From assembly GCA_038890745.1 (NCBI GenBank), contig JAWAFD010000003.1, positions 12,442-76,441 of the forward strand: a stretch of 64,000 nucleotides of DNA, written 5' to 3'. Within the stretch, counting starts at the first letter, position 1; each line of letters opens with the position of its first letter. Below are positions 17,971 to 28,329 of the stretch, one piece after another. This DNA is from Candidatus Anstonellales archaeon. Its GTDB lineage: Archaea > Micrarchaeota > Micrarchaeia > Anstonellales > J096. Under the pieces are notes generated by a model that had not been told where the DNA came from, searched no databases, and saw nothing but the letters and a program-made list of their open reading frames with translations. Both the position numbers and the translations under genes were made by a program.

Positions 17971-18230
17971 TTTTCTATGACATCAAGGATGATAGAAGAA
18001 GGTATGGCTTTGCTGATTTTTTGAAAAACATAGGTTTAGAGAGGATTCAGTTCAGTGGTTTTATGGGAGAGATAAGAGAGAAGGATTTTAATGAACTTAT
18101 TTCTGGTATTCCTAAAAAAATAAATGACGCAGAAGATACTGTTCATCTTGTTCTGCTTTCTTCTTTTTCAGAGGTAAAGTGTTTTGGAAGAGGGTGGATC
18201 CCTTCAGATCCGGACATTCTTATTTTTTGA
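17955..18230 (+). CDS. cas2: Cas2
   Basis: 91 aa. MAKIIVFYDIKDDRRRYGFADFLKNIG... typical Cas2. Adjacent to leader and array. Confidence 0.85.
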   Translation: MAKIIVFYDIKDDRRRYGFADFLKNIGLERIQFSGFMGEIREKDFNELISGIPKKINDAEDTVHLVLLSSFSEVKCFGRGWIPSDPDILIF

Positions 18231-18443
18231 TTTTTAAATTTTTCCATAAAATTGACAGGATATATAGTTTTATTTTGAGATATTATATGTAGATATTTAA
18301 TGGCCCATTAGCCGAAAAATTTAAAAATAACTTATTAGTTAAACTGAGCATATAGAGGCGCAAATAAATACGCGTATTAAAGCGTGCCGCCTTATTTTCT
18401 GTTTTTGCCTGTGTATTATACAAGTTTTTGTTATAGTTTATGT
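18231..18443 (+). promoter_or_regulatory. CRISPR leader with promoter (TATA-like tttaaaaata at ~18320)
   Basis: 213-nt AT-rich segment between the cas2 stop and the first repeat. Carries the same 17-nt motif as the cas4-like promoter. The degenerate terminal repeat lies at the opposite end of the array. Confidence 0.6.
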
Positions 18444-21400
18444 ATTGAACATGTTTACTCTATGTAAAGAGGACTGAGACTTTCAATTTTTTAACATCTA
18501 CGTAATACGCTGAGACCTCTTGATTGAACATGTTTACTCTATGTAAAGAGGACTGAGACCGATTCACGACTCTGGATGAAAACTTAGAGTGCGGTATTGA
18601 ACATGTTTACTCTATGTAAAGAGGACTGAGACCCTTTCTTTTTTATTACTGCCAGATGAAACAGCCTGTGATTGAACATGTTTACTCTATGTAAAGAGGA
18701 CTGAGACCACCCTGAGACCCAGCAACTATCCACGCCTCACCCGTATTGAACATGTTTACTCTATGTAAAGAGGACTGAGACCGACCAGAAGAAGGAGATT
18801 GGAACCCCCCGCAACCTGTGCATTGAACATGTTTACTCTATGTAAAGAGGACTGAGACGAATAAAAGAAGAGCTCGCTGCCGCAAAGAGATGCCTAATCC
18901 ATTGAACATGTTTACTCTATGTAAAGAGGACTGAGACAGTCCTTTTGTGTAGGCTTCCTTTGCTGCTGTGACTGATTGAACATGTTTACTCTATGTAAAG
19001 AGGACTGAGACATTCCTCATTTTGTTTTTTGAGTTCTTCGTTTTGTTTTTATTGAACATGTTTACTCTATGTAAAGAGGACTGAGACTTTTCATCAGGTT
19101 TATAGTCAGGCTTGATGTCGGGTTTATTGAACATGTTTACTCTATGTAAAGAGGACTGAGACGTCGAGAAATTTTATAATGTGGGGTACTGCCCTTGCAT
19201 ATTGAACATGTTTACTCTATGTAAAGAGGACTGAGACGTCGAGAAATTTTATAATGTGGGGTACTGCCCTTGCATATTGAACATGTTTACTCTATGTAAA
19301 GAGGACTGAGACTTCTCCCAATCGCAACAGCAGCCCGAAATCGTACTTTTATTGAACATGTTTACTCTATGTAAAGAGGACTGAGACTGCTGGTGCTCCA
19401 TACTGCAATATATTTTCAGTGGGGGCATAAATTGAACATGTTTACTCTATGTAAAGAGGACTGAGACTTGAAGAATAGCAATTAAGGTATTCTGTTTCTA
19501 TCACTATTGAACATGTTTACTCTATGTAAAGAGGACTGAGACTTTAGTGGATTAGCGGAAGTGAGGGGGGAGGGGTATAATGATTGAACATGTTTACTCT
19601 ATGTAAAGAGGACTGAGACTATTTTTTCTATTTTTTCTTCATTCATTCTTACCACCTCGATTGAACATGTTTACTCTATGTAAAGAGGACTGAGACTTTT
19701 CGCAATTCCGCTATCTCTAAGTCTCCAACTAAATCTATTGAACATGTTTACTCTATGTAAAGAGGACTGAGACGGGGTCCCTCGTTGACAACTCCCCCAC
19801 ATCCATTTTACCACCTATTGAACATGTTTACTCTATGTAAAGAGGACTGAGACTTATTTCCAAAAACTTCATATACTCTTCCATCATGTTCAAAAGATTG
19901 AACATGTTTACTCTATGTAAAGAGGACTGAGACAGGGCTCAAACAACATTATACTACCTACAAAAATTGCAAGAAATTGAACATGTTTACTCTATGTAAA
20001 GAGGACTGAGACAAGCCTCTATAAGACTAGGGACAGCCGCAGAACAATCCCCATTGAACATGTTTACTCTATGTAAAGAGGACTGAGACTGGAACATAAA
20101 AATTAACCTAAGGAAAGTTATAACTTCTGCGATTGAACATGTTTACTCTATGTAAAGAGGACTGAGACTGAAAACTTCATCGCACTCTGAACAACCACAC
20201 CCGCAAATTGAACATGTTTACTCTATGTAAAGAGGACTGAGACTTATTCAAGATAATAAGTCCTACACAAACTAACAATAACGATTGAACATGTTTACTC
20301 TATGTAAAGAGGACTGAGACCTTCAAAAAATACAACAGAAAACAGGGTGAATTTAAAATATTGAACATGTTTACTCTATGTAAAGAGGACTGAGACCACA
20401 TCTTAACTAACTCCTGCGGGCATACTTCTATCATTGAACATGTTTACTCTATGTAAAGAGGACTGAGACCTTCTTTTTTTCTTTTTCTCATAAAATTTTA
20501 TTTTGTTTTATTGAACATGTTTACTCTATGTAAAGAGGACTGAGACGAACTTATATTGTGGAAACACTTTTGATAGAATTTTTACATTGAACATGTTTAC
20601 TCTATGTAAAGAGGACTGAGACATGCAAAAAAACAGTTTGTTATTTCTACAAAAAAATCTATTGAACATGTTTACTCTATGTAAAGAGGACTGAGACACT
20701 ACCCACGACTCACCAGTGTTTGAGAGGCCACCCCCATTGAACATGTTTACTCTATGTAAAGAGGACTGAGACTATTTTTTCTATTTTTTCTTCATTCATT
20801 CTTACCACCTCGATTGAACATGTTTACTCTATGTAAAGAGGACTGAGACTTGTTTTCTCCAGGGGAAACCTCTTCAGAGGTTTCCCCGTGAATTGAACAT
20901 GTTTACTCTATGTAAAGAGGACTGAGACCGGATGTATATCGGAGATAGGGGTTCCCCCTTCGAACCCGATTGAACATGTTTACTCTATGTAAAGAGGACT
21001 GAGACTTTTCATTTTTTCACCTCTTTTATTTTTTTCCTCTATTATTGAACATGTTTACTCTATGTAAAGAGGACTGAGACTACACCTCTATAGTGAAGTC
21101 CTCTCTGTGGTGGAAGAGGATTGAACATGTTTACTCTATGTAAAGAGGACTGAGACCTATTGTTTTATTTCCACTTATCACTGCTACTGTCTTCTCCATT
21201 GAACATGTTTACTCTATGTAAAGAGGACTGAGACAAATCCAAATATTTTATATTAATGCACACCTTTTCCTGTGGATTGAACATGTTTACTCTATGTAAA
21301 GAGGACTGAGACCCATAGGAAGGAGGGCGTGGCATCCGCAAGCGAGTTCTCCATTGAACATGTTTACTCTATGTAAAGAGGACTGAGACATTTTTTGTTT

Positions 21401-23077
21401 CGTTATGTTTTTTTATGTTATCGCCTCATTGAACATGTTTACTCTATGTAAAGAGGACTGAGACACCCGTAAATTCATCAAAACATAGCACCTTAACAAT
21501 GTAATTGAACATGTTTACTCTATGTAAAGAGGACTGAGACATTATAGTAAAAACCTTCGCTTCCAAACAACCCTTTCCATTGAACATGTTTACTCTATGT
21601 AAAGAGGACTGAGACTAGCGACCTACCCGTGAAGCCAGCATAATCTTTCCAAATATTGAACATGTTTACTCTATGTAAAGAGGACTGAGACAATAATAAA
21701 CAGTTGTGTGTGTTGCATGCAAATAATCAATTGAACATGTTTACTCTATGTAAAGAGGACTGAGACTATACTCTACTGTGCGGGCGCGGTATTTTTTTGT
21801 TTTGATTGAACATGTTTACTCTATGTAAAGAGGACTGAGACTTTACTCAACAAACCTTTTTCTATTGCGAGATGATTATATCATTGAACATGTTTACTCT
21901 ATGTAAAGAGGACTGAGACTGTTCAATTTGCGTAAGGGTCTTCTGCGTTTCCTGTGATGTTAAAAATTGAACATGTTTACTCTATGTAAAGAGGACTGAG
22001 ACGCCTTTACCACTTTTTTCACCTCCGAGAATTAAGTTTATTGAACATGTTTACTCTATGTAAAGAGGACTGAGACGCTATGAATTCAAACGTATACGGA
22101 ACATATTTATCTCAATTGAACATGTTTACTCTATGTAAAGAGGACTGAGACCAATTATATTAAGCACTTTGCGGATAAAAGAATTAGAAATTGAACATGT
22201 TTACTCTATGTAAAGAGGACTGAGACATGTACTATCCCTCGATGGCGGGGAATAACCCAACTAATCATTGAACATGTTTACTCTATGTAAAGAGGACTGA
22301 GACTCATCTAATCACCTTGCTATTTATCTTAAACCAAACATTATTGAACATGTTTACTCTATGTAAAGAGGACTGAGACTCCCCGCAAAAAACCAGTCAA
22401 CGAGGGACTTCGGGGGGTCCCTATTGAACATGTTTACTCTATGTAAAGAGGACTGAGACTATGTTTATATAGGGTTTTTTGTCGAATGTTATTTTCACTT
22501 ATTGAACATGTTTACTCTATGTAAAGAGGACTGAGACAACCATAATTCTATGTCCAACTCCATTTTATCAGCCTCCTTATTGAACATGTTTACTCTATGT
22601 AAAGAGGACTGAGACGAGGTATTTTTTCTCTATATTGTAAGGGTATGACTGCTAAACCAAGATTGAACATGTTTACTCTATGTAAAGAGGACTGAGACTT
22701 TACCCTTGCTACTCCCTGGCTTGGAAATTCCATTGAATTGAACATGTTTACTCTATGTAAAGAGGACTGAGACTCCCAGCAAAAAACCAATCAACGAGGG
22801 CCTTCGGGGGATCCATTGAACATGTTTACTCTATGTAAAGAGGACTGAGACTTGAGGATATATTTCAGAACAAAAGAGCTAAAAGAAATTGGATTGAACA
22901 TGTTTACTCTATGTAAAGAGGACTGAGACTGTAAGTTTATGTTGTTTTGTGTAGAAGTTTTCACACATTGAACATGTTTACTCTATGTAAAGAGGACTGA
23001 GACGCCTTTTTCTGCACATAGGAAAGCGCCTTTGGTTCCAATTGAACATGTTTACTCTATGTAAAGAGGACTGCTAC
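18444..23077 (+). CRISPR. CRISPR array, ~63 copies of 37-nt repeat ATTGAACATGTTTACTCTATGTAAAGAGGACTGAGAC, spacers 35-43 nt
   Basis: Perfectly conserved direct repeat at ~73-80 nt period. Last repeat is degenerate (..GGACTGCTAC at 23041-23077). Leader and cas1-cas2 lie at the 18.4-kb end. Confidence 0.97.
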
Positions 23078-23197
23078 ACGGATTTCTAAATCGAATAATT
23101 CTTTTCTCTTATTAGAAAAATATCTACCGTACTGGTGAACGCATACATAAAATTTTTTTTCCTCACGGTTTAAAAACTCGATTTTTCTTTTCTTTTC

Positions 23198-23929
23198 ATG
23201 AAAACCTACAAACTTATTGCCACAGCCATGCTTGCAGCATTGGCGTTTGTTTTTCAGCTTACAAACAACCTTATTGGAATTCCGACTGGGTTTGGGATGA
23301 CGGTTGACCTTGCAGCGTTTCCTGTTATTCTCGCATTTCTCATATTTGGTGCAGAGTATGGAATATCCTCTCTTATGATGCTTGGCTTACTAATCCTCCT
23401 TTCATCTCCAACAGGTTTTATAGGGGCGATAATGAAGGTTTCAGCAACCCTACCGATGATACTCGTTCCGTTTGCGATTGCAAAATCAAAAGGAATGAGC
23501 TTAGCAAAGACACTCATCCTGCTGTTCATCTTCATTCTTCTATTCTTCTATGCGAGCGCATTCTTTTCTCAGTTCCACCCAATCATTCCAGCAATTTTTC
23601 TTTTAGGAATAGCCCTTCTCTCAACAAGAATAAAAGGAGATGTGGAGCTAAACAGCCCAACCATCCTCCTCATCTCTCTTGCGATTGCCATCATCATAAG
23701 GGGGATTGCGATGATTGTTGCAAACATATATTTTGCAGGACCCATGTTTTTCCACATGAGTTCAGACCAATTCGTTTCATTTTTACAAACAATCGAGCTT
23801 CCATTTTTAGGAAAAGACTGGGCATACATGGTGATATTCTTCTGGAATGCTGTCCAGGGAACGATTGAATTCAGTTTGGCATGGGTTTTTGCATACGCAT
23901 TTGGGTTGAGGAGAAGGTATGGAGAATAG
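23198..23929 (+). CDS. ECF transporter substrate-specific (S) component-like membrane protein
   Basis: 243 aa, ~6 TM helices, immediately upstream of an EcfA-like ATPase and a short EcfT-like protein. Confidence 0.45.
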   Translation: MKTYKLIATAMLAALAFVFQLTNNLIGIPTGFGMTVDLAAFPVILAFLIFGAEYGISSLMMLGLLILLSSPTGFIGAIMKVSATLPMILVPFAIAKSKGMSLAKTLILLFIFILLFFYASAFFSQFHPIIPAIFLLGIALLSTRIKGDVELNSPTILLISLAIAIIIRGIAMIVANIYFAGPMFFHMSSDQFVSFLQTIELPFLGKDWAYMVIFFWNAVQGTIEFSLAWVFAYAFGLRRRYGE

Positions 23930-24644
23930 GATCCTTATACAAAACCTTTCTGTTTCCTATGCAAATGGAGTGCCTGCACTTTCAGGAATAAATCTAAAAG
24001 TAAAAAAAGGAGAAATTGTTGCGATATTGGGTGCTAACGGAAGCGGAAAATCCACCCTCCTTTATACCATAAATGGAATAATCCCCCATCTAATAAAAGC
24101 AAAAATCTTAGGAGAGGTTTTAGTGGATGGAAAAAAGCCAGAAACCCCCTCAAAGATGGCTGAAAAAATAGGAATTCTATTCCAAAACCCAGATGATCAG
24201 ATATTCACCCAAAGGGTTTTTGATGAGCTGGTTTTTGGAATGAGGAACCTAAAAAGGTTTGATGAAAAGAAAGCAGAAAAATTATTGAAAGAATCAGGTT
24301 TATACAAATTCAGAAACTCAGACCCATTCGATTTATCCTTTGGGCAAAGGCAAAAACTATGCTTCTATTCTTTGCTTGCGATGGACCCAGAAATATTCCT
24401 TCTGGATGAGCCTTCCTCAAGCCTGGATTATCCATCCTCCTTAGAGATATATTCTGTAATAAGAAAGCTTACAAAAAAAGGAAAAACATTCATGATAGTG
24501 GAGCATGATGCAGACCTTCTATTGGATACTGCGGATAGGTTTGTAATTTTGAAAGATGGAAGGATTATAGCAGAGGGAAAAAAAGAGATATTCAAACTTA
24601 AAAAAATAAAAAACGCAGGGATAAAGATTCCAAGAGGGATATGA
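23919..24644 (+). CDS. ecfA: ECF/ABC transporter ATP-binding protein (EcfA-like)
   Basis: 241 aa. Walker A GANGSGKST, signature LSFGQRQK, Walker B FLLDEPSSSLD. Confidence 0.8.
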   Translation: MENRILIQNLSVSYANGVPALSGINLKVKKGEIVAILGANGSGKSTLLYTINGIIPHLIKAKILGEVLVDGKKPETPSKMAEKIGILFQNPDDQIFTQRVFDELVFGMRNLKRFDEKKAEKLLKESGLYKFRNSDPFDLSFGQRQKLCFYSLLAMDPEIFLLDEPSSSLDYPSSLEIYSVIRKLTKKGKTFMIVEHDADLLLDTADRFVILKDGRIIAEGKKEIFKLKKIKNAGIKIPRGI

Positions 24645-25114
24645 TGCTTTTTTTTATTCTCTTTGTGATTGTTTTTCTTTCTCTTCTTCCTTTGGAATAC
24701 TCAATGTATTATTTTCCAGTTATTTTTTTGTTTGCAGTCCTAAAAAAAGTTGAGTTAAAAAATGTATTTTTGCTTGCCATACCAGTTTTTTTAGTTTGTA
24801 TTTTTCTCCCGCAACCGATAGAAAGATTGCTTTATTTTGTTTCAGTTCTTCTTCTTCCGGCAATATACATAAAAACAAGATCAATCCAGGAAATAAAGAA
24901 TGAACTATCAGCAATAGGAATAAATGGAGAAATGTTTCTCCTTTCCATGGAATACTCAAAACTAATGGCAAAAAAAATCGAAAAGAATTCCATTGCAAAA
25001 AAAACAAGGAAGGGAAGGTTTTCTTCCCCCCTCCCAATTTTTCACTTCCTTTTCAGAAGGGCAAAGGCCCTTTCCCTTTCCATAGAATCCAGAGGCTATG
25101 GGAGCTTCTTGTAG
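24641..25114 (+). CDS. Short EcfT/CbiQ-like transmembrane component (truncated relative to canonical ~250 aa)
   Basis: 157 aa hydrophobic protein. C-terminal RAKALSLSIESRGYGS resembles the conserved EcfT Ala-Arg-Gly coupling motif. 4-nt overlap with the ATPase gene. Confidence 0.4.
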   Translation: MMLFFILFVIVFLSLLPLEYSMYYFPVIFLFAVLKKVELKNVFLLAIPVFLVCIFLPQPIERLLYFVSVLLLPAIYIKTRSIQEIKNELSAIGINGEMFLLSMEYSKLMAKKIEKNSIAKKTRKGRFSSPLPIFHFLFRRAKALSLSIESRGYGSFL

Positions 25115-26394
25115 CGTATTTTGAAGGTTATTTCCTTCTTCCCTTCTCCAAGAGAGAACTTCCATGTAATCTTATCCTGGGTTTTCTCAGCAGGCTGCTC
25201 GCTCAAGGAATAAAGTTCCCAGTCACCATAGTGTGGATAGAAATTCACCTCAATTTTTTCCACGGTTGTTCCATGGTTTTGTATTGTTATCCTATAGCTG
25301 TATTCATAGCTCGTAATTCCTTCCTTATAATCAAGGGTTTCTGTTTTCCCAGTTACATCAAAGCTTTTTCCACTTTCAAGCTCAACCAAACTTCCCTTCC
25401 CCTTATTCCCAATGCTGGAAGCACCAACAAGCATCCCATCAGCAACAACCTTCACCTCTCCGGAAGGCATCTCACGAGGTGCGCTGAAAGAATAGATGGT
25501 TGAGAGTGCGCTCTCCTCCTGGTCATATCCATAGGATTTGTATCTCAGTGTTTTGTTTACATCCATCTCCTCTTTATACATCTCATAGGATTTTTTCTCT
25601 TTGTCCTTTATGCTCACAGGCATGCTCAACTCATACACATGGAACTCCTCAACCTTTCCTCCATACTCAACCGGTGCAGCAGACTCCATCATCGCTCCCT
25701 TTGCCATAGCATAATCAGCATATGGATAGTATCTCTGTCCATAGTTTATCTCACCAGCAACAAGCTTTACCTTTACATTCTCTATATCCTTTCCGCAATT
25801 GTTGTTTATGTTTGCCCTTGCTTTTATCACACCTTTATTTCCATTCACAAATAGATAGTAATCCGTCCCCCAATCCAATCCAGTAAAAGCATAGTAAACC
25901 TTGAACTGGTTATCCTCTCCATCAAGCTTGAATTCCCCAATTGTTTTCTTTTTTGCATACTCAGGAATCACATATCCAAGAGGATGAAGCGCATACACCC
26001 CATCGCTCGTCTCAACATACACCGTCCCTCCTTTCACATCCAGAAGCTTTCCGCTAACCTTCATCTGATCATCATAAACAGTTATTTGCTGGCCTATGAA
26101 ATTTTCAAGCTCTGTCTGTTGCATAACTATGCTCTGATCGATAACATTAGAGCCGACTGGGATTAGTATCAAGCTTTCATCTATTATTGTTTCTGGAAGC
26201 TCAATCTCAAGCGTGTTTGTTGGCTGCGTCGTAAATGCAGAGCTGTAAAATGCAAAGTTTTTGTAAAGAATCATCTCTTCTCCTTCACTATCCATCGCGA
26301 CTGCGTTTGCAGTATTTGTAAGCAGGAATGCACCTATAAGAACAACAAACACAAGCAAAGCTATTCCATACCAAATTCTATTGTCTTTCTTCAT
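25096..26394 (-). CDS. Hypothetical exported protein (N-terminal signal anchor)
   Basis: 432 aa. MKKDNRIWYGIALLVFVVLIGAFLL signal/TM. No recognisable catalytic motif. 4-nt overlap with the upstream beta-helix protein gene. Confidence 0.4.
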   Translation of the reverse strand: MKKDNRIWYGIALLVFVVLIGAFLLTNTANAVAMDSEGEEMILYKNFAFYSSAFTTQPTNTLEIELPETIIDESLILIPVGSNVIDQSIVMQQTELENFIGQQITVYDDQMKVSGKLLDVKGGTVYVETSDGVYALHPLGYVIPEYAKKKTIGEFKLDGEDNQFKVYYAFTGLDWGTDYYLFVNGNKGVIKARANINNNCGKDIENVKVKLVAGEINYGQRYYPYADYAMAKGAMMESAAPVEYGGKVEEFHVYELSMPVSIKDKEKKSYEMYKEEMDVNKTLRYKSYGYDQEESALSTIYSFSAPREMPSGEVKVVADGMLVGASSIGNKGKGSLVELESGKSFDVTGKTETLDYKEGITSYEYSYRITIQNHGTTVEKIEVNFYPHYGDWELYSLSEQPAEKTQDKITWKFSLGEGKKEITFKIRYKKLP

Positions 26395-28235
26395 CCTATC
26401 TCCCTCCTAAGCATTATTCCAATTCCTAAAACTGAAAACAGGACCATACCAAGGCAGGATTTTGGTTTTTCCTCTTCAACAGGAGGAGCGATGTATTCAG
26501 TTGGTCCTCCAGATTCAACAGCGCATCTTCGAAGATTCACAAGCTCTTCATACTCCTCATACCCCTCTTTGTTTGCGCTGAGTACATACTCCCCGCTTTC
26601 CAATATCCTAAAGCTTATGGTCATTCCATCATACATTCTTTTTCCTATGCTTGAAAACTGCCCGGGCTGGATTCTTCTTTTCAACTCTACCATCACTCCA
26701 TTCAATTTCTGCCCATTCGCATACACATCTACCTCCAATTCATTCTGCGGGCATTTCATAGAATACTCAACCGTCATCTCAGGGAATTTTGCCAAAAACT
26801 TGAAGTTTTTGTACTCTGTTTCATTATTCCCTGCTGCATCCATTACCCTTATGGTTATTTTGTGCTGGCCTGTTGTTAGATTCGTCAGCTTAAAGTCTTT
26901 ACAGCCAAGGATTTCCTTCTCCTCTTCAGAATCTATCCTGTAAAAGCATTGGATTGGAGTAGTATCGCTCGCAACAAAATATACCTGAACCTCACCAGTA
27001 TACTCCTTTCCTTCCTCAGGAGATTTTATCTCGAGCAGGGGCGCTGTTGCATCCACCTTAAACCTTATGGTTTTCTCATCCTTTTTTCCAGCATAGTCAA
27101 CAACCCTTAGGGTAAGCGTGTGCTCCCCATCCGCAACATTCTTCAACTCATACTGCTTTATGCACCCAGAAATCTGATTCTGCACACCATCCAATATTGC
27201 CCAACACTGTGCAACAGCAACATCATCAAACGCCCTATACTTTACAATCACATTCCTCGTGTTAAGCACCTGTCCATCAACAGGCGCATCAAGATAAACG
27301 GTTGGTTCTCTCTGATCAAAAAAGCTTGTGAGCGGAAGGTTGTCGTACACCCCCCTAGCCACCTCATGAGGCGTTTCCCCAAACCCATCTCCATCAGAAT
27401 CATATCCCGTATACTTATCCCAGTAGTTTCCTCCCTGACATTTTCCACCTATTATGTTTGTTTGGTTGCAGTTTTTCTTTATGTTGAAATCATTGTCAGT
27501 ATATCCAACATCAGCATCCTTATTGTTCCCCTCAAATTTGTTATCATATATAACATTCTCCTCGCCGTTAATAACGAGCGCATAATCCGTATTCTCAACA
27601 AATCTATTCCTGTGTATGCTGCACTCATCCTTTACAACCAGCCCTTTTTTATTTTTCTCAAAAATGTTATTTCTTATAGTGGCCTCTCCTAAGATTTCTG
27701 CCCCGCTAGTCGAGCACTCCTTAAATTCGCACTCCTCAACCAAAATATCGCTTGAACTTTCATCTATGCTGAGCCCAACCTTTCCTTTTGAAAACCTTGT
27801 TTTTTTCACAAAGATACTATTCGAGCCGATTATTTTCACCTGGCTATCACCTGCCGAAAAATAGGAATTGGTTATGTTTACATCCTCTGAGTTTGATATA
27901 AAAAACTGAACAGAGGAAGAATCTATACCATAAATCGTTATCCCCTTTCCTGTTATGTTTGCCCTTCCCTTCTCCATTTTGCATTCCTGCATCTTAAAGT
28001 TGTCCGCGTCAACTAGAATAAGAACGGCCGAGGAAGAGTTTGCAGTTATTTTTTTCCCGTTGCAATCCAGCACAACATCATCAGCGCTTACTATTATACA
28101 TGGGCTCTCATTGGCGTTAAGGTTTGCAGAGAGCGTGTATGTTCCAGAAGAGCTTATCTCTACGCACTCGGTTATGTCACTAGCAGCGATCAATCCAAAG
28201 ACCATCAAAAACACAAAAAAAGCCTTAAGGTTCAT
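26391..28235 (-). CDS. Surface protein with right-handed parallel beta-helix (NosD/pectate-lyase-like) repeats, Ig-like middle region and C-terminal TM anchor
   Basis: 614 aa. Signal peptide. Repeated ~22-aa units with conserved N/I/V/G spacing (ITNSYFSAGDSQVKIIGSNSIFVKKTRFSKGKVGLSIDES..). C-terminal hydrophobic segment LGMVLFSVLGIGIML followed by RREIG. Confidence 0.5.
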   Translation of the reverse strand: MNLKAFFVFLMVFGLIAASDITECVEISSSGTYTLSANLNANESPCIIVSADDVVLDCNGKKITANSSSAVLILVDADNFKMQECKMEKGRANITGKGITIYGIDSSSVQFFISNSEDVNITNSYFSAGDSQVKIIGSNSIFVKKTRFSKGKVGLSIDESSSDILVEECEFKECSTSGAEILGEATIRNNIFEKNKKGLVVKDECSIHRNRFVENTDYALVINGEENVIYDNKFEGNNKDADVGYTDNDFNIKKNCNQTNIIGGKCQGGNYWDKYTGYDSDGDGFGETPHEVARGVYDNLPLTSFFDQREPTVYLDAPVDGQVLNTRNVIVKYRAFDDVAVAQCWAILDGVQNQISGCIKQYELKNVADGEHTLTLRVVDYAGKKDEKTIRFKVDATAPLLEIKSPEEGKEYTGEVQVYFVASDTTPIQCFYRIDSEEEKEILGCKDFKLTNLTTGQHKITIRVMDAAGNNETEYKNFKFLAKFPEMTVEYSMKCPQNELEVDVYANGQKLNGVMVELKRRIQPGQFSSIGKRMYDGMTISFRILESGEYVLSANKEGYEEYEELVNLRRCAVESGGPTEYIAPPVEEEKPKSCLGMVLFSVLGIGIMLRREIG

Positions 28236-28329
28236 GAGGCTGTTTGATGCGTTCTTTTTTTAAGTTTTCCTAATTTTTTAGGGGAAAACCACAATCTATT
28301 TTTAAACATTTTTATGCAAAAAAATCACC

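Noticed and set aside
18481-18522. First spacer is 42 nt and contains gctgagacc, resembling the repeat 3' end; considered a hidden degenerate extra repeat
   Set aside because: Only a 7-8 nt match to the repeat. The rest of the 37-nt repeat is absent. Treated as an ordinary, slightly long spacer.
23078-23197. Possible riboswitch upstream of the ECF S-component gene
   Set aside because: No recognisable conserved riboswitch core (TPP, FMN, cobalamin, etc.) in the 120-nt region. Archaeal riboswitches are rare.
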